Shown here piece after piece: positions 56,542 to 64,000 of a DNA stretch of 64,000 bases. Origin of the DNA: Eubacteriales bacterium (lineage in GTDB: Bacteria > Bacillota > Clostridia > Oscillospirales > CAG-272); assembly GCA_034086705.1 (NCBI GenBank), contig JAXDZV010000022.1, positions 912-64,911 of the forward strand, in the 5' to 3' direction. Numbering within the stretch: the first letter of the stretch is position 1; each line of letters begins with the position of its first letter. A program made the translations under genes and the position numbers. Below the pieces are notes generated by a model. The model worked only from the letters and a program-made list of their open reading frames with translations, did not search any database and had not been told where the DNA came from.

Positions 56542-56996
56542 ACAACGCCACCTCCACACAATGAAATAATCCAAAACACGATGCCGTACAAAACAGATGA
56601 CAGCGTCCCATATAAAATGACCGGACCGGCAATCGTAAAAATCTTTGCTCCGACACCAAGAATAAATCCTTCTGCCTTTGTATCAATTGCCGGCGCAACA
56701 ACCGCATTAGCAAATCCCGTAATCGGTACCAGGGTGCCGGCTCCGGCAAATTTGGCAATTCGGTCAAACACGCCGATTCCGGTAAACAGTGCAGCCAAAA
56801 AGATCAAAGTAATGCTTACCATGAGCCTGGCAATCTCCTCCGATAAGGAAAACGCTCGATATAGAAAATATAGACCCTGCGCAATACAGCAGATTCCTCC
56901 GCCCACCAAAAACGCATATAATGTGTTTTTCCACAGTGGGGAGTTTTTGCTCTTTTTCGCTGCATAACGCTGATAGGTCTTTGTGTCAAATTGCAT
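56535..56996 (-). CDS. spoVAC: stage V sporulation protein AC
   Basis: 153 aa membrane protein with LYAFLVGGGICCIAQG...GAGTLVPITGFAN. Confidence 0.88.
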   Translation of the reverse strand: MQFDTKTYQRYAAKKSKNSPLWKNTLYAFLVGGGICCIAQGLYFLYRAFSLSEEIARLMVSITLIFLAALFTGIGVFDRIAKFAGAGTLVPITGFANAVVAPAIDTKAEGFILGVGAKIFTIAGPVILYGTLSSVLYGIVFWIISLCGGGVVC

Positions 56997-57055
56997 TTTA
57001 AATTCTCACCTTCCTTTTTTGTAGTTTATCCGCGTGCAGCACAAACATACAGCAT

Positions 57056-57084
57056 TTGACACATTCCCAAAAAACCGTTATAAT
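57056..57084 (+). promoter_or_regulatory. consensus sigma-A promoter for the ABC-F gene
   Basis: TTGACA (57056..57061), a 17-nt spacer, then TATAAT (57079..57084). Confidence 0.6.
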
Positions 57085-57118
57085 ATATGCTGCAATTTCG
57101 TACAACTCGGAGTAAAAT

Positions 57119-59029
57119 GTGAATATACTAACACTTGAAAAAGTCGGCGTTTCTTTCGGCGCACGCACTCTTTTCCGCGATGTCAGCTTTTCCCTGGACG
57201 GAAAAGACCGCCTCGGAATCGTCGGAGTCAACGGGGCTGGCAAATCTACTTTGCTTCGCCTGATCGCAGAACACAATGAACCAGACAACGGCACAGTTTA
57301 TATCAATAAGGATATCAGCATCGGTATGCTGGCACAAAACCCCACTTTTGCCGAAAACGGAACCGTATACCAGACAATGCTGCTTGCCTTTTCTTCCCTG
57401 CTAAAACAGGAAAAACAAATTGAAGCCCTCCAACACAAGTTGGATACACAAACCGCTGCCCTTGCAGAAGAAGAACGAATCAGCCTGGCTTGCCAGTATA
57501 CAGCTCTTTGTGATCACTTTCGACAAGAGGGTGGATATATTTTCCGTGCCCGCACACGCTCCATGCTGCTTTCTGCCGGTTTCTCCGAAGATATGTTTTC
57601 TCTTCCGATTACGGATTTAAGCGGCGGGCAAAGAACCCGCCTTTGCCTGGTACGTCTCTTGCTAGGCGCACCGCAACTGCTTTTGTTGGACGAGCCAACC
57701 AACCATCTTGATTTTCCCACACTTTCATGGCTGGAATCGGAGATACGCGCCTATCCGGGCGCAGTGATGGTTATTTCACACGACCGCTATTTTCTTGACC
57801 GCGTTACAAATAAAACTCTTTGCATCGAAAACGAATGCGCAACGTTATACCAAGGCAATTATACAGCCTATGTTGCTAAGAAAAAACAAGACTTGGAAAT
57901 TGCTGAAAAGCATTATAAAAATCAGCAAAGAGAAATCGCACGAATTGAAGCATACATTGCCAAACAGCGTCAATGGAACCGTGAACGTAATATCATTGCC
58001 GCCGAAAGCAGGCAAAAAATGCTTGATAAAATGGTGCGCCTAGAGCAGCCAAAGCAACCGGCAGCGTCTGTACAAATATCTTTTGATACAGACGGCCAAA
58101 CCGGGCAAGAAGTATTGATTTTAGAAAATCTTACAAAAAGCTATCCGGGCCATTCACTGTTTTCACAGATAAACACCGTCATACACCGGCAGGAGCGCGT
58201 GTTCGTTCTCGGCCCAAACGGATGTGGGAAATCAACCTTTCTCAAAATTCTCGCCGGACGGTTAATGCCGGACGCTGGAACATTTCGATTTGGGTATCGC
58301 ACGCAGATCGGTTATTATGATCAGGAACAGCAGGAATTAAACCCGAACAATACCGTCTTAGAAGAACTTTGGGAAGCCTATCACGAAAAAAACGAAGTGG
58401 AAATCCGTTCTCTTTTGGCACGCTTTCTCTTTTTTGCAGATGATATGGAAAAGAAGATAAGCGCTCTCAGCGGCGGCGAGCGAGCCCGTCTGACGCTTTG
58501 TAAATTAATTTTGGCACATGCAAATGTGCTGATTTTAGATGAGCCGACAAATCATCTGGATATTCCCTCACGAGAGGCACTGGAAGATGCCTTACTTGCT
58601 TTTCCAGGCACTTTGATTATCGTTTCACATGATAGATACTTTATCGATAAATTGGCAACACGCATCTTTGAATTGAACGAAGGTTTTTTTGCGGATTATC
58701 GTGATACTTATCAAACATATCTTGCAAGAAAAACAGAAAGCCGGACCATTCTTCCTCCCTCCGAAAAAAAGAAGGCGGGGAAAGAAGAATATGTCCGGCA
58801 AAAGGAACTGCAGGCACAGCGCAGAAAATACGAAAATGCCAAACGACGTATTCATGAATCCTGCGAAAAAATAGAGGCGCGTATCACAGCCATTGACGCA
58901 GAAGCAAAGGCAGAGGCTGCATTTGATTATTTGCGCCTTTCCGAATTATATGCAGAAAAAGAGGAACTGGAAAATCAGCTTTTGTCTTTATATGAAGAGT
59001 CAGAAACACTGCAGGAACAAAGTTTTTAA
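57119..59029 (+). CDS. ABC-F family ATPase (translation-associated, Uup/YdiF-like)
   Basis: Two ABC cassettes (GVNGAGKST, LSGGQRTRL; GPNGCGKST, LSGGERARL), no TM domain, an inter-domain linker and a C-terminal coiled coil. GTG start 6 nt after GGAG. Confidence 0.88.
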   Translation: MNILTLEKVGVSFGARTLFRDVSFSLDGKDRLGIVGVNGAGKSTLLRLIAEHNEPDNGTVYINKDISIGMLAQNPTFAENGTVYQTMLLAFSSLLKQEKQIEALQHKLDTQTAALAEEERISLACQYTALCDHFRQEGGYIFRARTRSMLLSAGFSEDMFSLPITDLSGGQRTRLCLVRLLLGAPQLLLLDEPTNHLDFPTLSWLESEIRAYPGAVMVISHDRYFLDRVTNKTLCIENECATLYQGNYTAYVAKKKQDLEIAEKHYKNQQREIARIEAYIAKQRQWNRERNIIAAESRQKMLDKMVRLEQPKQPAASVQISFDTDGQTGQEVLILENLTKSYPGHSLFSQINTVIHRQERVFVLGPNGCGKSTFLKILAGRLMPDAGTFRFGYRTQIGYYDQEQQELNPNNTVLEELWEAYHEKNEVEIRSLLARFLFFADDMEKKISALSGGERARLTLCKLILAHANVLILDEPTNHLDIPSREALEDALLAFPGTLIIVSHDRYFIDKLATRIFELNEGFFADYRDTYQTYLARKTESRTILPPSEKKKAGKEEYVRQKELQAQRRKYENAKRRIHESCEKIEARITAIDAEAKAEAAFDYLRLSELYAEKEELENQLLSLYEESETLQEQSF

Positions 59030-59042
59030 CATCCAATTAGAA

Positions 59043-59540
59043 TTATTTTTCAAACCCGTGCACAAAACCGTCCAGCGCAGCCGAACAGATGTCCCCGCCG
59101 ATCACTTTATTTTTATACATAAGTAAATTCAAATAGACCGGGCCATCGTAATTTGGATAATTGGTAACCGCATAGGTGTACCGCATCACGGTTTTGCCGC
59201 GATATCTCTCTAAATTCAAACCCTGTGCTTGCTGAATCGCATTATAGCTTTCATAAACTGTATCAAATTCAGCAGGAACTGTTACTGCTTCTGTTTCTGT
59301 CGGAGTCGGCGAAATTTCCCAACCGAACTGTTTTGCAAATGCAATGCGGTCTGTGTCGTCTTTGATATGATCATAGTTTATTTTGCCGTCACCGATCGAT
59401 GCGGATACTTCCTCATATTCCGGTACAAGCACAAGCAAAGCTATCAACGCCATTACAGACACAACGATGACAGCGATAAATTTAATAGACGTTGCTTTCA
59501 ACGAATATACAAACATTCTGTTTTCCCCCATGGTTTTCAA
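59043..59540 (-). CDS. DUF4830-family membrane-anchored protein
   Basis: N-terminal anchor. The C-terminal ...VIGGDICSAALDGFVHGF matches the DUF4830 signature as I recall it. Confidence 0.65.
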   Translation of the reverse strand: MKTMGENRMFVYSLKATSIKFIAVIVVSVMALIALLVLVPEYEEVSASIGDGKINYDHIKDDTDRIAFAKQFGWEISPTPTETEAVTVPAEFDTVYESYNAIQQAQGLNLERYRGKTVMRYTYAVTNYPNYDGPVYLNLLMYKNKVIGGDICSAALDGFVHGFEK

Positions 59541-59610
59541 TCAGTGCTATATTCTATGCACCTTATGTTTATATCATGAAAACCGTTTTCAAAAAGATAC
59601 ATCCGATACA

Positions 59611-59639
59611 TTGACTTATCCAGCACTGTATGATAAAAT
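59611..59639 (+). promoter_or_regulatory. sigma-A promoter for the LarA-like/gnd/kinase operon
   Basis: TTGACT (59611..59616), a 17-nt spacer, then TAAAAT (59634..59639). A direct repeat GATACAT-cc-GATACAT (59596..59611) abuts the -35. Confidence 0.5.
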
Positions 59640-59660
59640 GACACGGATCGGAGGTTTTTT

Positions 59661-60920
59661 ATGGTTTTACAGACAAACGGCGTCATATCCGAAGACGAAA
59701 TAAGAGAAGCATTATGCCACACACTTTCTTGCGTGGACAAACCCTTACGGAAAGTATTATTGCTTCCGCCGGACTACACCCGTATGTATTCAGGCGCCGG
59801 CACGATCACAAAAATTCTATATCAATTGCTATCGCCAAATTGTCAGATAGACGTCATGCCGGCACTTGGTACGCATGTTCCCATGAGTCAACAAGAGTGC
59901 AATGATTTTTTCGAGGGAGTTGTTCCATATGAAAAATTAATCGTACACCACTGGCGGGATGATGTTATAAAGATCGGTGAAGTCCCCGCAGCATTCGTAT
60001 CGGAAGTTTCTGAGGGATTGGTGTGCGAAGCAATAAATGTAGAAGTTAACAAGCTTTTACTGGATCCATCGTATGATTTGATTGTATCAATCGGTCAGGT
60101 CGTACCGCATGAAGTTGTCGGTATGGCTAACTATTCGAAAAATATTTTTGTCGGATGCGGTGGTGCTTCTATGATCAACGCCAGCCATATGCTCGGTGCA
60201 TTTTACGGTATGGAACGTATTATGGGAAAAGATTTTTCTCCAGTACGCCGTGTATTTGATTATGCACAGGAGCATTTTTTACAGGATTTACCGCTGCTGT
60301 ACATTTTAACATGTACTACGAATACCCAAGGCCGTACCAACCTTCATGGATTATACATCGGCAATAACCGGAGCATTTTTGAGCAAGCAGTCGCGCAAAG
60401 TCAAAAAACAAATATTATTCATTTAGAACAACCTTTGCAAACCTGCGTGGTCTATCTGGACCCGCGTGAATTTAAAAGTACTTGGCTTGGGAACAAAGCA
60501 ATCTATCGCACACGAATGGCCATTGCCGACGGTGGCGAACTTATCATTTTAGCACCGGGTATTGAGCGATTCGGAGAAGATCCAGAGGTAGACCGATTGA
60601 TTCGGAAATATGGATATGTCGGCAGGCAGCGTATTTTAGAGTTGGTAAAAACGGAACCGGAGCTTCGTGCTAATCTCTCTGTGGCTGCTCATCTGATTCA
60701 TGGTTCTTCCGACGGACGTTTCCGCATTACATATTGCACCAAAGCCTTAACCGAAAAACAAGTGCGCTCCGTCGGTTTTTCCTATCTACCGTATGACACT
60801 GCGCAAGCACGTTATCCATTAAAGTCATGCAAAGATGGATTCTGCAAAATTGCAGATCAAACCGTATTCTATATCAGCAACCCTGCCCTCGGCCTTTGGG
60901 ACGCTGATTTGAATCAATAA
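59661..60920 (+). CDS. LarA-superfamily (DUF2088, nickel-pincer-dependent 2-hydroxyacid racemase/epimerase-like) protein
   Basis: Blocks parallel L. plantarum LarA as I recall it: LPPDYTRMYS (vs SSDHTRPVP), PALGTHVPMS (vs ATGFHRPST), PHEVVGMANYSKNIFVG (vs SHFFAGFSGGRKSVLPG, including His and Lys), ADGGELIILAPG. Confidence 0.7.
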   Translation: MVLQTNGVISEDEIREALCHTLSCVDKPLRKVLLLPPDYTRMYSGAGTITKILYQLLSPNCQIDVMPALGTHVPMSQQECNDFFEGVVPYEKLIVHHWRDDVIKIGEVPAAFVSEVSEGLVCEAINVEVNKLLLDPSYDLIVSIGQVVPHEVVGMANYSKNIFVGCGGASMINASHMLGAFYGMERIMGKDFSPVRRVFDYAQEHFLQDLPLLYILTCTTNTQGRTNLHGLYIGNNRSIFEQAVAQSQKTNIIHLEQPLQTCVVYLDPREFKSTWLGNKAIYRTRMAIADGGELIILAPGIERFGEDPEVDRLIRKYGYVGRQRILELVKTEPELRANLSVAAHLIHGSSDGRFRITYCTKALTEKQVRSVGFSYLPYDTAQARYPLKSCKDGFCKIADQTVFYISNPALGLWDADLNQ

Positions 60921-60945
60921 ATCTATACAAGAAAAGGTGATAAAA

Positions 60946-62397
60946 ATGCAACAGTCTGATATCGGCTTAATTGGCCTGGCGGTGATGGGAGAAAACTTGG
61001 TGATGAATATGGAATCTAAAGGTTTTACCGTTTCCGTATTTAACAGAACCACTGAAAAAGTAAAAGAATTCTTACAAGGACGTGCACAAGGCAAAAACAT
61101 TATCGGATGCTACACATTGCAAGAATTGGTTGCATCTCTGAAAAAACCACGCAAAATCATGATGATGATCAAAGCCGGAAAACCGGTAGACGATATGATT
61201 GAGCAGCTGCTGCCCTTACTGGATGACGGCGATATTCTTATCGACGGCGGTAATTCTCACTTTCCGGATACCATACGCCGTTGCACATATGTTGAGAATC
61301 AACATAAATTGTATATAGGAACCGGAGTATCCGGTGGAGAAGAGGGTGCGCTGCGCGGACCTTCGATGATGCCGGGTGGCTCCCCGGCCGCATGGGAATT
61401 TGTAAAACCGATTTTTCAGGCAATTTGCGCAAAAGTAGAAGACGGTTCTCCGTGCTGTGATTGGGTCGGCGAAAACGGTGCTGGACATTTTGTAAAAATG
61501 GTTCATAACGGAATCGAATATGGAGATATGGAACTAATTTGTGAAGCCTACGCACTTTTGAAAAATATTGCGGGCCTAAGCGCTGCACAAATGCATGATG
61601 TTTTTGCAGATTGGAATAAGGGAGAGCTTGACAGCTACCTTATTTCCATTACCCGCGATATTTTGGCGCATAAAGACACAGACGGTACCGCTTTAGTTGA
61701 TAAGATTCTTGATACAGCCGGACAAAAAGGAACCGGAAAATGGACGGCGATTGCTGCACTGGATGAGGGAATTCCGCTTACGCTGATCGGTGAGGCTGTT
61801 TTTGCGCGTTCTCTGTCGGCACAAAAAGAAGAACGGGTGAAAGCATCTAAAATACTCCATGGCCCCAGCGTCTGTTTTCAGGGAGACCGTGCGGCTTTTA
61901 TTGAAGATTTACGTGATGCGCTGCTTGCTGCCAAAATTGTCTCCTATGCGCAAGGATATGCTTTGCTGCGCTCTGCAGCAAACACATATGGATGGAATCT
62001 GAACTACGGTGGAATTGCTTTAATGTGGCGCGGCGGTTGTATCATTCGTTCTGTATTTTTAGGAAAAATTAAAGAAGCCTACGATGCAAATCCCGATATA
62101 GAAAATTTAATGCTTTCTCCGTATTTCCGCGAGAAATTGGAAGCCGGACAAGCCGGATGGCGCCGCGTTCTTGCTCTTGCAATTGAAAATGGAATTTCCG
62201 TCCCTGCATTTTCTGCTGCATTGTCTTATTATGACGGCTACCGCAGTGAGAGCTTGCCGGCAAATCTTCTGCAGGCACAGCGCGATTATTTTGGAGCACA
62301 TACTTATGAGCGCATTGACAGACCACGCGGTGAGTTTTTCCACACCGACTGGACCGGACATGGAGGGCATACTGCCTCATCTGCCTACAACGCCTAA
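60946..62397 (+). CDS. gnd: 6-phosphogluconate dehydrogenase (decarboxylating)
   Basis: IGLIGLAVMGENL, GTGVSGGEEGA, AGHFVKMVHNGIEYGDM, and RDYFGAHTYER. Confidence 0.92.
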   Translation: MQQSDIGLIGLAVMGENLVMNMESKGFTVSVFNRTTEKVKEFLQGRAQGKNIIGCYTLQELVASLKKPRKIMMMIKAGKPVDDMIEQLLPLLDDGDILIDGGNSHFPDTIRRCTYVENQHKLYIGTGVSGGEEGALRGPSMMPGGSPAAWEFVKPIFQAICAKVEDGSPCCDWVGENGAGHFVKMVHNGIEYGDMELICEAYALLKNIAGLSAAQMHDVFADWNKGELDSYLISITRDILAHKDTDGTALVDKILDTAGQKGTGKWTAIAALDEGIPLTLIGEAVFARSLSAQKEERVKASKILHGPSVCFQGDRAAFIEDLRDALLAAKIVSYAQGYALLRSAANTYGWNLNYGGIALMWRGGCIIRSVFLGKIKEAYDANPDIENLMLSPYFREKLEAGQAGWRRVLALAIENGISVPAFSAALSYYDGYRSESLPANLLQAQRDYFGAHTYERIDRPRGEFFHTDWTGHGGHTASSAYNA

Positions 62398-62421
62398 AAT
62401 CCGGAAAGAGAGGAGCACAGT

Positions 62422-63495
62422 ATGAAACAAAGAGAAAATACGAAGTATGCATTGGTTGTCCCGACCAGTATGGGAGTTCGAATCACCCCGGCATCTGGGC
62501 AACCGGTCGCCGCTTCAGACACATTTTTCATGCAGGCAACCAGCGCTGAAACCAATGTTGCAAGTATTTGTTCTTATCTTGGTTTGCCTGTGCACGTGTT
62601 AACAGCTTTTGTAAAAGACAGCCCGATTGCTGCATTTATCAAAGCTAATCTTCGTGCGCGCGGCATGAGCTTCGAAGGAAAAGAAGTGCCGCAAGGGGGC
62701 CCTTGGGGATATAGACACCAGTTTAATATTGCCGATTCTGGCAGCGGTGTTCGCGGACCACGTGTCTGCAATGACCGTGCCGGTGAAGTCGGAAAAACAA
62801 TCACTGCTGAAGATTTCGACCTTGATAAACTTTTTGGCACAGACGGTGTGGGAATCGTACATATCAGCGGCTTGTTCGCCGCTCTTTCGCAGAATACCGG
62901 TGAACTTTGTGCGCTTATAGCAAAAAAAGCAAAAGAAAACGGAACACTTGTAAGCTTTGATTTAAATTATCGCGCTACATTTTGGAAGGATCGAGAAACG
63001 GAACTACGTAAAATCTTTTCTGAAATCGCTTCTCTTTCTGACATTTTAGTTGGAAATGAAGAAGATTTTCAGCTCGCACTAGGAATTGCAGGTCCTGCTG
63101 CCGGTGGGAAAGGCTTGGCAGAAAAGACAAACGCATTTCACGATATGATTGAACGAGTACGCAAAGAGTACCCCGGCCCAACCGTGTATGCAACAACATT
63201 GCGTCAAGTTGAAAGTGCCAATGCTCACCTTTGGGGAGCCATGATGCTTTGGGGAGATGCTTTTTATACAGTTTCCCCTCGAAAAATCGATGTGTTAGAC
63301 CGTATAGGTGGCGGAGACGGCTTTGTCGGCGGCCTATTATACGGGATACTAAAAGGTTGGGATGCAGAAAAATGTTTGCAATTTGCCTGGGGGAGCGGTG
63401 CGCTTGCTACCACGTTTCTGACTGATTATGCACAGCCTGCCGATGAAGAGCAAGTTTTTTCCGTCTGGGATGGTAATGCCCGAGTTAAACGATAA
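62422..63495 (+). CDS. PfkB-family sugar or sugar-acid kinase (KdgK-like)
   Basis: Ribokinase-fold motifs: N-terminal beta strand, NEEDF, and the anion hole/catalytic DRIGGGDGF. 357 aa. Confidence 0.82.
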   Translation: MKQRENTKYALVVPTSMGVRITPASGQPVAASDTFFMQATSAETNVASICSYLGLPVHVLTAFVKDSPIAAFIKANLRARGMSFEGKEVPQGGPWGYRHQFNIADSGSGVRGPRVCNDRAGEVGKTITAEDFDLDKLFGTDGVGIVHISGLFAALSQNTGELCALIAKKAKENGTLVSFDLNYRATFWKDRETELRKIFSEIASLSDILVGNEEDFQLALGIAGPAAGGKGLAEKTNAFHDMIERVRKEYPGPTVYATTLRQVESANAHLWGAMMLWGDAFYTVSPRKIDVLDRIGGGDGFVGGLLYGILKGWDAEKCLQFAWGSGALATTFLTDYAQPADEEQVFSVWDGNARVKR

Positions 63496-63520
63496 TATCG
63501 TAGATGAATTGTCGCTCACA

Positions 63521-63568
63521 AAAACAACTCCGCAAACACAGTGTAACTGTTTTGCGGAGTTGTTTTTA
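63521..63568. terminator. bidirectional terminator
   Basis: AACAACTCCGCAAACA / TGTTTTGCGGAGTTGTT stem flanked by an A-run and a T-run. Confidence 0.8.
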
Positions 63569-63982
63569 TTTTAATGTAACAGGCTTTCGCTGCCTTTGTG
63601 CGTGATAAACTAGCAACGTTGTTAGAGGTTCCTCTATGGTGTTTTTTTCATAAAAGCGAATAGTAAGCTGCTGTACTTGTTGTGGGACAATTTGAGCAAA
63701 AGAGATTCTCAAAAAAGTATACCGCCCACGATCGCATTGCTGCAAAATCGTATATTCCTGATAAACATTTCCCTGCTCGTCAACCAAATCAAAGGTAAAC
63801 GGCATTCCGGATTGTACTTGTGTACCATATTTTTCTGCAATTTTGCGCTGTGTGCTATGATTATACCAAACCGTCATCTGTACTTCATTGCACGGTGAAA
63901 TATAATCGATATAATCGCAATGAAAATACCCGAATTCTGTAATGTATGAACGTAACGTTTGCCGCTCAACGGAAATAGACAT
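63566..63982 (-). CDS. hypothetical protein (start close to the window edge, possibly longer)
   Basis: 138-aa ORF ending at the terminator. No motif recognised. The upstream SD is unclear. Confidence 0.45.
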   Translation of the reverse strand: MSISVERQTLRSYITEFGYFHCDYIDYISPCNEVQMTVWYNHSTQRKIAEKYGTQVQSGMPFTFDLVDEQGNVYQEYTILQQCDRGRYTFLRISFAQIVPQQVQQLTIRFYEKNTIEEPLTTLLVYHAQRQRKPVTLK

Positions 63983-64000
63983 GCCTGCATCCTGTGCCGC

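Noticed and set aside
56998-57294. 98-aa ORF on the minus strand between spoVAC and the ABC-F gene.
   Set aside because: It overlaps the consensus promoter and the first 60 codons of the ABC-F gene, and it has no SD.
1-64000. CRISPR arrays, rRNA genes, prophage modules, toxin-antitoxin pairs and known defence systems.
   Set aside because: No regularly spaced direct repeats were seen. I also found no cas-like, integrase/terminase/capsid-like, restriction-modification-like or small paired toxin/antitoxin ORFs. The only repeats are those listed.

Overview
This 64 kb window looks like chromosomal backbone of a spore-forming Firmicute of class Clostridia, at roughly 45-50% GC by eye. The taxon call rests on gene content: spoIIGA-sigE, spoVAC/AD/AE, a SpoIID/LytB-domain gene, addAB, and miaB-ylbF-mutS-mutL-tgt. 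Nearly all of it is densely packed housekeeping and sporulation genes with clear operons and intrinsic terminators.

Three RNA elements are invisible to an ORF track:
- A long-form SRP RNA lies immediately upstream of dnaX.
- A yybP-ykoY (Mn2+) type riboswitch with a terminator expression platform lies upstream of a P2-type cation ATPase.
- Two tRNAs, Ala-CGC and Arg-CCG, each have their own promoter.

Mobile DNA is confined to two spots:
- The left edge (1-1040) holds an IS3-family 3' end, a frameshifted transposase N-terminal fragment, and the two tRNAs.
- The interval 5845-7372 holds a short stub resembling the 5' end of a class-C-like group II intron directly after a terminator hairpin. 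It abuts an IS256-family element whose transposase is broken by a small out-of-frame deletion.

I found no CRISPR array, no recognisable defence or toxin system, and no clearly novel multi-gene system. The candidates most worth follow-up are:
- a LarA-superfamily (DUF2088) gene, gnd and a PfkB kinase in one apparent operon (59661-63495)
- a 272-aa protein with 22 cysteines behind a sigma-K-like promoter (22737-23555)
- a nucleotidyltransferase plus NahK-like kinase pair (3781-5786)
- the riboswitch-ATPase unit
- an orphan OmpR-type regulator with a degenerate receiver domain (46282-46998)

All family assignments come from reading the translated ORFs and from recalled motifs. No database search was run.
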